Below are positions 46,235 through 61,402 of a stretch of DNA of 64,000 nt, piece by piece (position 1 is the first letter of the stretch; each line of letters opens with the position of its first letter). The translations under genes and the position numbers were made by a program. The notes under the pieces were generated by a model. The model was not told the origin of the DNA. It did not search any database and saw nothing but the letters and a program-made list of their open reading frames with translations. Source of the stretch: Owenia fusiformis (taxonomy: Eukaryota); assembly GCA_903813345.2 (NCBI GenBank), contig CAIIXF020000001.1, forward strand, positions 7,130,001-7,194,000, in the 5' to 3' direction.

Positions 46235-49200
46235 AAATACGTAGATATACATTTCAGGGGTGGATCTGGGTACCAACAAGGGGGGGGGCAAATTTCTGGT
46301 CAGAGAATTGGGCCCATTTTTTTTCTGGGCCCATCCAAGGGGGGGGGGGGGGCTTTTATAATAAACTAATAAATTCCTGGGAATATATCCTTCCAAAAAT
46401 TATTTATAGTAAATAAATGATCTATCCAATTTTGTAATCTGGCAAAAGTAGATGAAATGTTTACAATACTGCAAATGTATATCCTTCTCAATGACATACG
46501 ATCCGGGCATACGATCCTATATGCACAATGCGTGTTCAGTAGCAAGCATGTTTTTAGCTAATTGCCTGATCACCACCCACGGCGCAAACAAAATAACGGT
46601 GGAACATATTCTTGCCAAACCACTAATATGGTTAGAAAAATGCAGTTTGTCAATTTTTGAAATCTCCTGAAATAAGCTCCATTATTATATACAGATCAAA
46701 TATACTTAATTGTAAATGATAATCCTTTTTATTTGTGTCCTGGAGAATCATACATGTTTTGTTGTTGGACTTTAGTACTCTGTGGAGTTGTTGTTTTGCC
46801 CCTGAAGGTAAATGACTTTGAAAATTGAATAAATAAAAACAATGTCTGAAAAAACAAACCTTTGTAAGAGATACCAATTAACACCATAAAATTGATAATT
46901 ATATTGTTCAAAAATCGAAAACAATTTTATGAACCTAATAACCCTAAAATATTTTAATTCTTAATTTTATTCTCTTACATTATCAAATGTTTTAATTAGA
47001 TTTTGAATAGATAGTAAACTTTATTTTTTGTGATTATCGAAGTTTGGAAAACATTGTTCATGAAGATACTGAATTAAAATTTCTCTCAGAATTATGTGAG
47101 TAATATTTTCAGTTGGAACTTGTATTACTGCATGTCAGTTGAGGAATTTTTTCAAGCTTGGATATTATACTGTATTCAGAAAGAAGGTTTGCGTCCAAGT
47201 CTATTGCATTGATTGTGTAAGTTACATATCATACTGTCACGTTATATTTAGGAAAAGTTATGCAGTTGATTATAACACATCACTTGTTAAATGTAGTAGT
47301 TATAATACATCTTTATATTTTTAATACTGAGTTTCATTTTAATTCTCAGGTGTGGCATGAGAATCAAGCTACCTTGGACTATGTGCCTCTGTGCAACCTT
47401 GCATTGCAAACTACTTTAAACTACCAGACAAAGAACCGTCTGCATGTTGACATGTATTTATGATACACGTTTAACTGTTGTAATAGTTAACAGAACCCAC
47501 AAAGAAATCCAATTATGAAACAACTAATATTAATTTAACAGGGTAAAGGTTGATGATTAGAGAAATATAACCCTACTTCCACACAGGATGTGTGACTCAG
47601 TCTTGCTTGATTGCATTCAACAGTATTTCCTCTTGCAGAAACCATTCATTTGATGTTTTTGTTCCATGGAAAACATCACAAATATAATGTACCAAAGATC
47701 AAAAAATATTTGACCTTATCAAGGTCAAAAAGGTCTTTCTCAACTTGCTACAAATAGACCAATTTTTTCAAAATCATCTACAATTGTTTTCTGAAGTTCA
47801 AATCTGACTTAAGATTTGAGATTTCACCTTCAATGACCTTCTCACGGTCAAAAAAGATCTTTTTTCAACTTGTTTCAAATTGACCAATTTTTGTTTTCAA
47901 AATCATCAACAAGTTCTCAGAAATTCAAATCTGACTTAAGATTGAACTTACAGTATTGTGAGCAACAAGGTGGTGACATTTTGTCATGTTAATGCCTTGT
48001 TTGTCTTCTAGAACGATGATATTTTATATCTATCAGAAATGCACTGTAAGAATATGATCTGTAATAGAACTAGTGTGTCACAGCTAAGTATGATTGCTTT
48101 TTATGCTTGATGCATTCCGTAATGATGATTCAAAGCTCGTTAATTCCAGTCTTTGTTTTACTCAAATATTCTATTTGCCATTAGCAGCGACTTATTGATA
48201 CTGGGGCAAAGTACAATATATAATGTGCCTATATTTATCTAGCCATATTTCATTGAATTCACTGAGCATACCACGGAAAATGTCAACTTATAATTGTAGC
48301 ATTCTAAGTACTCAGCAATTCATAACTCTTATAATTCCATTTTATGTACCATTTTAAAGTCGTACCCTCTCCTCAATTATTGAGAAAGGAGAATTTCAGT
48401 TTCAGTTACTCTCATTGTAAATTTTATTTTAGGCATTTCATCCAACATTATTTCAAAATTGTAACTTTTTTATACTTTTTAATAGTTTGATTACGGCACT
48501 TTAAACTGGCCTAGAGTAACTTTTGGTCAAATATAGGAGAACTGTAACTAGAATTCCTCTAAAAAGTCAATTTATACTATCTACTAAGGAGCGGGAGTAC
48601 TAGCTGCAAGTATGTTTCAGTGGTTATGCATTTCTAAGAAACAATGATGCTGTGCTTTTTATGCATGACCACATTTTTCTATATTAGCAAGACATCATGT
48701 TTCATGATAGCAACCAAAGCTAGTATACCAGTAATGCATTCCTTAAATGACACACCACACATGTGCTTATTAATAAAAACATATTATTAGTGAAGGAGTT
48801 TTAACAGTGTTATTGCATATCATGGTCTGGTATTACATTACGTTTATTTTACGTTATTTACGTGTTTTTTTGGAAAATAAAGTCCATTGATTTATTTTTC
48901 ATTGAAACTTTACATTCAAGCACAGCAAAAAGAAGTCGAGGCTATTTCGAAAGTAAAGTTTTTCGTTGAATTCTGTTTCTGAGAATCCGAAAGTGGTAAA
49001 GTTGTTCGACATTGCATTTAATTAATTTCACCACAAGCTAATGAATGGAGCCATTTACTGAAAACATTTCGAATCATGTAAAAACTATGTCTCATCAAAG
49101 TTATCTCAATTATGTAGCATGTGTCATGGTAATTAGCTACATCCAAGTGATAACAGAGACATGTACAATAGAACAGAGAAATACAATAACAGTACAATAG

Positions 49201-52200
49201 AACAGAGAAAGTAGAAAAATTGTTACACTGAAATGAAAGTTGGCCAGAAATCAGACAGTGAATAATGATCTTATAACCTAATTTATTGAAGGACCCTATT
49301 TTCTGCCAAATAATTCTTCTATTTTTACAGCGTACCTTTAATCACATAACGACAGCTTAAAAGTGTTTAAGCACCAGTGCTTCTCTTAATGAAACGCTAA
49401 TGTATAAAAAGTCAATGTTTTGATGGTTGTTATGTATCTTTAGGCTTTCAAGGCTCGTGAATTTTTACAATTCAATGCATTTGAAAGTTCTGTGATAATA
49501 CCAGATTGTGATACTAGGCTGAGTTCAATGTTGGGTATTCATCTGCAACCATACTTAAAATTAAATGTCTGGTTTGTATAGAAGAAAGTGGATAAAGGAT
49601 ATTCACTGAATTAAGCTTAGTGGAATATTGACTCTGCATGGTGTAGAACACCCTCTTGTTAAAATAACGGGACAACAAGCTTACACTTATTAAATAAATA
49701 AATCCATACATTGTCAAATAACTACACAGCCCTCCTTGCACTGTTGATTTTCTATGGTTTTAATTAGTGTTTCCTAACTCCAGTGGACTGTAGATTTTAA
49801 TTACCAGCCAAGCAGTGCAGGAGAGTCTAATTTACTAGCATGGCATTAATTTTCATTCTGTTTCCTGTGGACCCTTTGTAAAATAATCCTGTTGGTGTGA
49901 AGCCTAGCGTGTAGACTGGATTAACTCCAAGCTGAAGTTAACTGAAGCGCTTTAGGAAACCCTAGATGTTTGCCAAGTCTAGCAGAAAGGAACAGACTGG
50001 AACATATTATTCCACAGTTTATTCTAGACTTTCACCCAATGTTGGGGGACCAGCTGCTCACATACCGTGAATTGACTTGAAAAATGTGAAACACATCGAG
50101 ACTTGTTATTTACATATTTGGACAGCTAAACTGGGTTCTTTATTGACTTGGCAAGTCTAGTGAAGTGTGTAGAGCACCCCTTATCAGTTTACATGTTAAG
50201 GTTAGGTTTAGTTCACTAGGCAGGGCGCTATAGAGGCATCAATGCGACTCAATGTAAAGGAGGCTATAGTAACCGTCTAACAGGACATGCTGTATGATAA
50301 GCTCATAAAGACAAAGGACATTTGAACCGCAATATATCAAGTCATTCAGTGTGACTTAAACTCCATTTTGAAGTACATTATTATCACCAAGATAGTCACG
50401 TCATCACGCCACAGCTATTTACAAGGTAGGAGCACAATTCAGTCAAATTCAATTTCTCAAAATATTTTGAGTTGTGTCAGTGAATAAACATGTTAAGGAT
50501 GGTGACTTTTTTGTGTAAAGTGTGACATAAGGTTTTAGGACTCTTCATGAAGTTTTCAAACTTTTCTGGGAAAGTTATAAAAATCCAGAAAATGGAAACG
50601 GAGACTTTATTCACAAGGGTATTATTCTGAGACTCTTCTCATTATACTGTAATGCAATATGTTATTGTCTCTTCTTGTATGTTATGTCACTCTGTTATCC
50701 TATGTGCTGTCTGTTATAAAATTGTGTTAGGAATTTAGGAAATGAATCCAGATCTCAAGGATTCGAGTATTTTGCTTTGGAAATCCGGCTACAATGGGCA
50801 ATAACCTGTTGATGCTGACAGCATGGCTAAATCACTATGGTATGATAACTAACAAGGCTTTAATAGAATACTAATTGAAAGTTTAGTTAAGTGAGCCTTG
50901 CGGCTGTTTGTTTACAAGTCCTCTTGTCTTGTAGACTGGTGAATAGAGAATTGATAGAATGTGGAGTAATGGTATTAGTTAGGGAGAATATGGCATTGCA
51001 AATTAGTCTAGTCTATTTGACATGCTCAAGTCTTGGTCTAGTCTCAAGAATTACTGATTACGTAAATGGGGTGGGGGTGGTAGCAATCCAAAATAACTTT
51101 TTTATGAATTTAAATGGTTTAAGCTTATTTTAAAGATTAAGAGAATGGATTAGACAATTTTTCCTGAGGATTTTATTACATGTATATGCTACATATTAAA
51201 TGTCATTACTAAGAAATACATTTCTCTTTCTAGTATATTGCACTAATAAGCATTTCCTCTCATGTTAAATTATGAATTGAACCATAACTAAACATTCAAT
51301 AAGAAGGAGATATAAAATAGAATAAAAATATCTCAAATTCTTAGGTTAGTTTCATATATTTAGTGTAATGTCAACTCAACCTTGAATTAGAACCAATTTT
51401 ATGTCTATTTATATGTCCTATTATTCATTCATTATTCAGAGTTTATTTTGATTTTCTTAAATGTAACCAGTGTCCTGTCCCATGTTGCCTTACCTCAGTC
51501 TCTTGCTCAAAAAAAATATTGGGAGATGGAGAGGGTCAATCTAAAATAAAATTTAATTGTCTTGAGACAATCTGGAAATATTTATCTTGTCCCTTTTTAG
51601 ATCACTATCAGGCAAATATATTTTATCATTGAAAATTGAATTATATATTTTTATGTTTTTAATGTTAGGCCTACATATTGCCACCTCAACACTCCATTCT
51701 CTCTCTAACAAAGAAAAATAATTTTGGAAATAGACAGAGACTTGAAACAAGACTTTTTCTGATGGAATTTAGTCCGCAAAAACCTTTCCGCTTGGTCTAT
51801 AGAGAAATAAAGCTCCTCTCATTATATACATTTATGTACAGCTTCCTAGGGAATTCTTAATAAATATCATGCATGTTAATCCTATGGGTTTATTGAAAAA
51901 ATCCATGTTCTGGGCCAAATCTATTATAATATGGCAAGGTAACATGGATAAGTCTCTCGATTGATTGATCAATATTCATTATTGTCCATTTAACCATGGT
52001 TGGGAACATTTGCTATTTCTCCATAAGCTCTATTGTTAGTTGCGGGTCCAATGATGTGAATCCAATGAAGTGTATTATAGTGCTAGAAGAGATCAATATA
52101 GTCGTTCTATAATACATTAAGCTGTTTACTCTGTTTTTGATTGTTTAACTTTCTATGACACATTTAGCAGTTTATAGTAGAAATTGGTTTTTGTTCCATT

Positions 52201-54872
52201 TTACAAATTGAGATTTTTACATTTTCGCAGTTTATTAAGAAATTAGAAATTAAAGTAAAGAGTAAAATAAAAAAAGTTTGGGAATTATATCTCATCAATT
52301 GGAGCATATATATCCAAAGAAGGTAATGTTGGTTAGATTGACAAATAACTCATTGACTGCAAATGTGACTGGCCAACTGGCAAAGAATGCAAAATTAATG
52401 TTCAACATCTGACAAGGGTAGTGTTATATTAGTTAACTCTGTAGAGATATGCATGGTTGAACTCCTTATAAGAGGCTATATACATCAGCCAGATCTCCCT
52501 CAGCTTTACGTCATAAAAACCATCAGTCATACTAGCCGCGCGGAACACTTATTGAGATATCATTGAGAAATAATGTGTCTGCTATTGTCTATGGAATGCA
52601 TCGCCACTCTTCAGTAGGCAATTTAGACGTGATTTAATTGGCGATTTTTCAAACTATATCGCATATGGAATAGTGAATAAAAGTCATCGGCACAGTGTTA
52701 TTTGGTGAATATTGTATGACGACAGTCTGAATTGTTGCATGACAGATGTGGTTCAATGCTGTCTCGTATTAAAAGATTTTCATTATCAGTTATTATTTTT
52801 AATATGAGAACAGGGGTTTTAATGATAAAGTATTTTTAATTAAATATTCATATCTGTCAGCAGCGGTGAATGCTGATTGTTAGCTAGATATCAGGAACAG
52901 GTAGAAATCACGAATCAATCCTCGTGTGAAATATTTGATAATGAATATTATATTTTTTATTAGGTTTGAGGCTATATTTTACAAGGCTGATTAAATTAAA
53001 GGCATTTACTATGAAATAATGATGTGTGATTGCTTCATATAAAAAGTAAGAAATTGATATGGACTTTTAGTCAAAAACCATAATTACCATATAATTCCCA
53101 AATTTTCAAAATGATATCCATTTTGGTGAATACAGCCTCTTGCTTATGAAACCACTGAATATATATTTTGATGGTTTCATTTTCAATGGTTTCATTTTTG
53201 AATTGATTTACAAAATTAATATTGAGTCATCATTGTGCAAGGAGTACAAGTGACGTTTTCTCCAAACACTTAATGTAAATTGACAATGTGCCTTTAACAT
53301 ATGAAGAGATCAAATAAAGCATGCATGGAACTCATATTAATTTAATTAGAAGCCATAAATGATTGTTATATTGTTTTAGGCTACTGTAACTAATGCAGTA
53401 TGTATATGTGCCCATCTGACTGTAACATTTACTACCATAGCTCCAAGCAATAATTGAGAGACTCAACGCCAGCTACATGTCTGTCTATACTGACACCAAC
53501 ACAAAGTTAATTTTTAATTTTTAGTTAGACTTTTATCGGCTGGATGTTTACTTATTAGTGATTCATCTGTTTTCACATGAGTTATTGGAAATGCAGGGTT
53601 GGTTTAAACTTTATAAGGGTTGAACAATGCGAGACAAACATCAAACCATCAGACAAAAGACATACAAAAGAAGTTTTACCTGATCCTGGACAGAGTGTGT
53701 CTTTACACTTTTATAGGAACTATCTTACATAGGTAAGATTTTTCAGTTAATGTTTGATATCATAGAGAATATATTCATATGATAATCCCCTATATTGCAC
53801 AATGTCATATAAATGCCAAAACGATAATTTTTGTCAATATTTATATCAATAATATATTTTTTACATATTCAGTAATTAATGAGGAGTACAAAGATACATA
53901 ATAAGTATATATCTATACAGCCCACAGTTAATTTAGTTCACAGCCCCAAGAAGTTCCTCAAAGTGAGGTGACCAATTTAACACCTTTTTATGAGACAATT
54001 CATACTAATTCATTAATCAACTATATCGTGAGACTATTCACTGGACTGCATTCAATGTAAAACCTAGGTATAACATATTTACACCTGAGATGAACTATAA
54101 GGTTTTTGAGTTGACTCCTCTAAGGAGATCGTAAATGTATAAATTGGTCTAATGCAGTGATGTATGGTGATATAAAGTAAATTCCATGTTGCGTGAAATA
54201 CGGGATTGAGAACAAAGAAGCAATGGGGATGAGTCATGAATTATCAGTTTCAAACTTCCTAGCAATTTGTATGGAGTAATGGACCGATGTCTCCACTCAT
54301 GTGAAACTACTAATGATGCTTCATGAATTTTTTATCAGCTCGGTTAAAGGGAAGATATCTATTGTGATATACCACCCCATTTGTAATTCCACATCAGATA
54401 CCGTAATTAAACATCAAAATATAACCGCAGATAAAAAATACCGAAAACAAGGTAATTGAGTTGAGTTAGTTTTTATTAGGCATGATAAAGCATTATCGAC
54501 ATAGTTCGGTTGGTGATATTTGTAGTCGTGTTATTTGTTTAATATTGGTGCAGTTTGAATGATTCTAAAGTCCCAAAAACCTGATAAGATTCTAAATAGT
54601 TTGGCAAATAAAAGTGTTTGTATTTCACCAGGGCATGCATGGCTTCTTTCATATTGTATGCCATTCAGCTGGTGTATGTACATTGAACAAAACTTAATGT
54701 GTGGGATTTAACGGGACAGTCTCTCCAGACAGGAATAAGATAGTCGAATATTCAGGTGAACATTTGTATAAATTGGGTATGAAATCAAGAAGTTCATAAT
54801 TTCATTGAGATTTGTAAACATGCATTTTTAGTTTAGAAATTTTGAGACATTTGGTTTTGTTTTTGTTTTCAG

Positions 54873-54975
54873 GTCACAACTAGAAAAGAAAGAAGAGAAT
54901 CTAAATGAAATGTGAAACTTTGGAAAGAAAAGAAAGATAAAACAGTTGATGTTTACTACGAAAAGACTTGTAAAT
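54873..54975 (+). other. Candidate non-coding (5'UTR) exon
   Basis: Strong acceptor TTTTGTTTTTGTTTTCAG and donor GTAAGT around a purine-rich 103-nt segment. Confidence 0.5.
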
Positions 54976-55289
54976 GTAAGTTTTGTTATAATTAATATTT
55001 ATTTATTTGTTTTTGTTATATGATCATAATATAAAATCAGAAATTCACAAGACTACATTTTTGTCTTTATGTTTCATTTCACATGATGAAACTCTCATAA
55101 AAAATATTAGATATCCTTTTGTGGTCATTAAGATCTCATCAACATAGAATTATAAGAGTATTTGTGGTAATCAGAGGGCAGTGTCAGGGCTAGCTGATGG
55201 AATTTCAGGGTAAGGGAATAACACATATGCTAAGGGCTATTGGCCAGCCATCTTGCATGGAGGTCCAGCAGATACGGAAATTGTATACA

Positions 55290-56187
55290 GAGATTGTAGG
55301 ATGGTTGTACCAAGGGAAATATGTAAAATACATTGAAATGATTGTATGATGATTGTACCAAGTGAAATATCTGAAATACTTGAAATGATTGTATGATGAA
55401 TGTACCAAAGGAAATATCTAAAATACCTTGAGATGATCATCTGATGACTGTACCAAATGAAATATCTAAAATACCTTGAAATGATTGTATGATGATTGTT
55501 CCAAATAAAATATCTAAAATACCTTGAAATGATTGTATGATGGTTGTACCTAGTGAAATATCTAAAATACCTTGAAATGATTGTATGGTGATTGTACCAA
55601 ATGAAATATCTAAAATACCTTGAAATGATTGAATGATGATTGTACCAAGTGAAATATCTAATATACCTTGAAATGATTGGATGATGATTGTACCTAGTGA
55701 AATATCTAAAATGCCTTGAAATAATTGGATGATGATTGTTCTAAATGAAATATCTAAAATACCTTGAAATGATGATTGTACCAAGTGAAGTATCTAAAAT
55801 ACCTTGAAATGATTGGATGATGATTGTACCTAGTTAAATATCTAAAATACCTAAAAATGATTGTATGATGATTGTTCCAAATGAAATATCTAAAATACCT
55901 TGAAATGATTGGATGATGATTGTACCTAGTAAAATATCTAAAATACCTTGAAATGATTGTATTATGGTTGTACCTCGTGAAATATCTAAAATACCTTGAG
56001 ATTATTGTATTATGGTTGTACCTAATGAAATATCTAAACTACCTTGAAATGATTGTATGATGATTGTACCATGTGAAATATCTAAAACACCTTGAAATGA
56101 TTGGATGATGATTGTACGTAGTATATATCTAAAATACCTTGAGATGATTATGATGATTGTACAAAGTGTTATATCTGAAACACCTTA
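55290..56187. repeat. 48-bp minisatellite, ~18 copies
   Basis: Unit GAAATATCTAAAATACCTTGAAATGATTGTATGATGATTGTACCAAGT. Confidence 0.95.
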
Positions 56188-56521
56188 GGCTAGAAGTTTG
56201 GGTAATATGATTCAGACTTTTCCAGAGTTAACTCTAATGATACCCCATCATTTATTTAAATCAATTTAAGAATCAGTTTTTATGACATTCTGATGCTAAT
56301 CTCATTTCTTCAAAATATTTTCTAAGATTCATATACGTACATGTAACATCTAACGAGTTCACTCACTTTTGGGTGGCTTCTTGGGGGAGTTTTGTTCCTT
56401 GTTGTTAATTGCTTTGTTTTCAGGTTTTACAAACAGAATGCATTCATTACCCATAAGATGAACAACATAATAATTATCACATTTTTATAGTTCTGGTTCT
56501 TGATCCATATCAGTCTTTTAA

Positions 56522-57174
56522 CCTTCTGCACTCTGACTTATTTCAGCAAATATATCCCACGCATCTGACTTATTTTTCAAAAATGATATGCCTGGACTAA
56601 ATAATTAATATCTCAATAACTACTGAATGAATCTGGATAAAATTTTCACAAAGGGAAGATACACTAGCGTGGCTCATGAGAAAAATGTTCTCATGATTTT
56701 TTTCGTACATCCGCCGTTTCGCCCCTCGGGAGATTCAACGTCTGGTCAGAATCCAAAACTGAATTTGCAGCGATCGAATGTTCTTCTTTTCAGTTCAGAA
56801 AATATTCTAGTTTCTATTTTCGATGACCATTATCGGCTTCCAAGAGCCTAAAGAGCTCGAAATCGCAATCCATTTCCTCCACATTTTCGTTGTGATCGTA
56901 TTTGGCCGTCATTTTGTACGATTTGTTCACTAAAAACGACTTAAACACTGTTTAAATTGTTGAATTGAGAAATATTTTTCGAAACATCGCCATTTCTAGG
57001 TCAACAGGAAGTCACCTACTAAGGACTGAATAAATCGGGCAATCTAATTGGATCATAAGAACGGCGGGAAAAAGTAAAGTTTTCAAAAGTTAGATTTGTG
57101 TCGTCCGGATCAGCCGGTGGATTCTGGCGGTAATTTTGAATGGGCGGACGCGGTCGCCGGTGGTCTGCTAAAGG
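56522..57174. mobile_element. Possible piggyBac-type non-autonomous element
   Basis: TTAA on both sides (56518-56521 and 57175-57178), imperfect CCTTCTGCA / CCTTTAGCA termini and a CpG-rich interior. Confidence 0.4.
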
Positions 57175-60100
57175 TTAAAGAAAATAAATACAATTTTGTT
57201 ATATTATATCTATACGATGTCAGCAAGTGGGAACATGATCAGATATAAAACTCAGCAAAAATTATTCTTGAAATATCTTTACAGGTTTTTAATTTTGGTT
57301 ATGTTGCCTCTAGTCTTGCATAAAGCCCTTGTGAAGCTCCAAACAACATCTTTGCACCTCACATTGTCACCTTACTTTACAAGTAGTCACAAGTCTATTT
57401 CTAAATATTTATATATGTCCATATATAGCGTTAGTGGTAAATAATAGAATGCAAGACTCTGTTGCCTTCATAGTTTATGCCAATTTTAGTGGAAGATAAC
57501 TTTTGTTCAATCATTGACCGAATTAAAGGCAGTCAAACAAGCCCTGCTTATCCTAGCATGCAATTCTAAATCACAAATCCTGGGATCATAGGGATCATCA
57601 ACAATTATCTGGATCAGTAATAATCATTTGGGTCAACATTGATGAATTGGATTATCAACAATCATCTGGATTAGTGATAATCATCTTGATCGACATTGAT
57701 CATGAGGGATCATCAACAATCATCTGGATCACTAAATATTATTTGGATTAACATAATAATGTAAACTTATTGTTTCATCTGATGAATCATAGGAATTGTC
57801 AAATGTTACCCTTTGTCATTGCTCGTCATATCAAAGCATCATAGCCAGACAAGACAAGATTGGTTTGTGCCTTTGGGTCCTGTCACACGATTGGTTAGTG
57901 CTCCAGTTCAATGGCTTTACAAGTTTGCTGATGTTTTTCACATATGTACTTCCGCATAGAATGCAATATTGCAAAATGCAGTGAGGTAATTAACACATTT
58001 TAGTGTCTACTCCACGGAGGGTTGGATTTCTGTACAACAGTAGAATAAACCTGTAGTTACTCTCATCACAAATGGCTGACAAAATTCTTTCCTATAATGT
58101 AGAATTTTATTGGCAAAAATGTTCAACTTGGAAACTAATTTAATGAATAGGTTTATTTCATAGATGCATGCAAGCAGCATACAATGAATAAACAAGGTTG
58201 GAGCAAATGAAACTGTTCCTGGAAACCATTATGCTTTTTAATTTATTCTTTTAAGAAAGCTAAAGATGGTGATGAATTTGGATCTGGGGGAACTGTTGTT
58301 CCAAGTTTGCATCATTTTGAAAATTGGTGATGAATCTAATAAATTCAAGACTGAAAACAACTTCATTTAAATGTATTATGGAACTATTGTAAACAAATCT
58401 CCCCCTCATATTTACCATTATAAGAGTAAAAAACAATCCTCTAGGTTTCCTGCAATTTAAAATGTTGTTTTTTGAAAATAGAGATAATTTTGTAGGATTT
58501 CTTGATAAAAAATGAAAATATAATTTTTTTATGAAAATTTTGTGATTATCCTCCATGTGACATGCTGCCATGTAGATAAGAAAACAATGGAGAAATAGAA
58601 ATCCGTTTTGGGTGAAATTGTTCCAGAATAAAACTGTAAGCATTTAAATTTGAAAATCACCATTATTCATATACTTTTTGTTAATTCAAGAAACATGTGA
58701 ATTCTACAATTCTGTGGGATAATAAAATTCCAACCACTCTCTGCAGAAACAGAGAAGAAAGAAGAATTGACATATGCCATTTAAGTCATTTTTCAAAATT
58801 TATTTAAGAAACTTAATTTGGAAAAATATTTCATCCTTCATTCAAAGGATTTCATTTATTACTCAATTCAGGGCATGGAAAGAAGTGAAATACCTTTGGA
58901 CCAAGGATGAAATATATTTGGTATTAAGATTCTAGTTGTTTTAGGTGTTGCCACAGTTTATAGGTATCGTAGGAATTTGTCTCCCATTTTGGATGAGTCT
59001 AATGTCTTACTGCAGTTTGCTTCATCCTGCTATTGATAAGTGATAATAGCGTTTAATAGAATTGTTTGCTTTACATTCTTATTAATCAGGTACATTTTTG
59101 GTTATTGTCTCATTATTATATTGTTTTGAATATGGTTCAGTGACCGCTCTAGGGGGTTAAAGTGGGGGTTATAGAAGTTCCACACCGATAATTACTGATT
59201 AGCACTTCCCTTTGGTTGGTATAAATAAGTAACTTTTCAATGCATCTTTCATTCAGTTTGGATTTGGTTTTTCAGGTGAATGTAAGTATAGAAATATTTA
59301 TTTAATATTGAATAGTTCTTTTGAATAAATTGTTACAACAAATTAAAGATAATATTCTCTTAAAATAGTTCTGGTCAGATTGACGTGAACAATGTTATTA
59401 CATGGCAATGGCTGCCAGCGGGCCTCAGGCTCAGTTGGTTGATTAATTGATTGATGATTCTAGCGTGCATTTTAAGCGCTTGGAAAACTCATAAAATCTT
59501 TGCCTAGTGCGAAATGATCTAGCTAAAAAGCCTGTAGCCACGGTAAATGATTTTGATAAATTGTTTCAAAGTTTTGCCATTATAGATAGTGTATGTTGCA
59601 TGCACTGGTATCGTACATCTTGTAATTAGTATTGTTGTTATTTTCACACTTAAAATGTGCTATAAACTTTTATTGACGAATTTTTTGCATTGCTTTAGGA
59701 ATGATGTAAATAGTCATATTTGTTTGATTAAAAATTTCAATAATTCGAAGCATTTAACTAATTTTAAGCCAAAATAATGTTTTTGCAACTTAATCCAATT
59801 CATTGTTAATTAATCAAAACAGAAGTGTTTCAGAAACCAAAATGTGAAATACATGTACAGTTACACCTTTTGCTTGTTTGTATTTATGTCTGTTTATGGT
59901 TTCATTTATCTGTACCAACACACATAAAAATTGAGTAGTTTATTAATTTCACTGCATTAGCATTACCTCTTGCTCTTTTACTTGGAATTGGAAAATGCAC
60001 TAGAAAGGATCTTGACTTTTATGGCTATTCTTTACCAAAGCAAATCACTGAGGCAGAGTACTTTTTGAAATATCAGTATTTCATGGTTTGGTTAGAATGA

Positions 60101-61047
60101 TATGATGGAATTTGTGACTAGAACTCCAGTTTAGCTTTTACAGGACATTGTGTAAGTATTCTCTATATCATTCAGATATATGGATCAGGAGAAAATTAAT
60201 TTCCAATAAAACAAACACCTAACTACTCTTAAAACATGCTAATAAATACATTATGTTTAGGGATAAGGTGGGATATATATTTTTAGTTTAGAATGAGAGC
60301 ATGTGAAGCTTAATGAAATATTATGTTGCAATTTATTGAGCAAAAGGATAATAGGGGTATGAAATCTGATTTCTTGACAAAATGCAAGAAGTTGACGGGT
60401 GGTTCATAAATCACATTGATCGTTTTATTCTGGCATCTCATAATCTATCTCAATGACCTTCTAATGACAACCAGTGGGTGAAATAGTATTGTTGTCACGT
60501 TTCAGTAAAGAAATTAAATTTAAATATACAAGAAAAAAGGTAAAACATCTATTGCTATATTTTTGAATTATGTAGAAACCTCAGAAAATTAAAAAGAAAT
60601 AGTTTACATAAGAAATAGTTCGATTTAAAGCATAATCACACTGTTTTTACACACGGGAAATAGCCTAAAATATCATATTGCTCTTTGTCATTTATAGCCT
60701 ATTTGTAACAATGGAGAGGCCAATTTGGTCTTTGGGCATTGACATTAAAACTGAATTAGTTGTGTTTAGTTAACTGTGAAAGAACTAAAATTTTGAAGCC
60801 CTGTGATCGGAGGATGCTACTACCCCAACATCTTGTTTCCGTTGGGAGATTTAGTTGTTTTTATAGTTTTCTGTTTTGGCGTATCTTGCTCTCCCAGACA
60901 TAGCCATCTGGGCATCGAATTCAGATATGATTGAAAATCACAAATGTGAAGTTGTAACTGTTCTATCCATAGAAGTCAGATTCATACATTCATTTATTCA
61001 AAAAATGCTTTATTTTGTGTGAATGCATAACCACATCGACATTATAA

Positions 61048-61402
61048 GGCCAAGGCAAAGAAATATTGTTTTTGGTCATCGGCAAAAATTTTAAGTGAAA
61101 GAATTGACCTGATTGATCCCTTATTATGCTTTACGCATAGTTAATCTTTTTTCAAAGGTATATAAAAGCAAAATGATGTACCAAAGACTCTAATAATGAT
61201 CAATTCATCCAATGACCCATCCTATCAGATGGAGTAATCAAAAATATATTTTCACAGTTTGCATTCAGTTATTGCTATTTTGTAATTTTTTAGAAAGTTT
61301 TAAAAAGACAAACATACCATTCCCATTTCCAAAAGTCTGGGTCAGGGTGATCAAAAATTCAAAACCCTGGTGACCAGAAACAAGAATGTTTTTTTCTTGG
61401 CC
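61048..61402. mobile_element. MITE with GGCCAAG termini and TAA TSD (Zator-like)
   Basis: TAA-GGCCAAGGCAAAGAAATATTGTTTTTGGTCA ... TGACCAGAAACAAGAATGTTTTTTTCTTGGCC-TAA. Confidence 0.65.

Noticed and set aside
55205-55784. Repetitive ORFs (GTIIIQSFQGILDISL)n
   Set aside because: By-product of a 48-bp minisatellite. Units contain indels and stops, and there is no splice or domain support.
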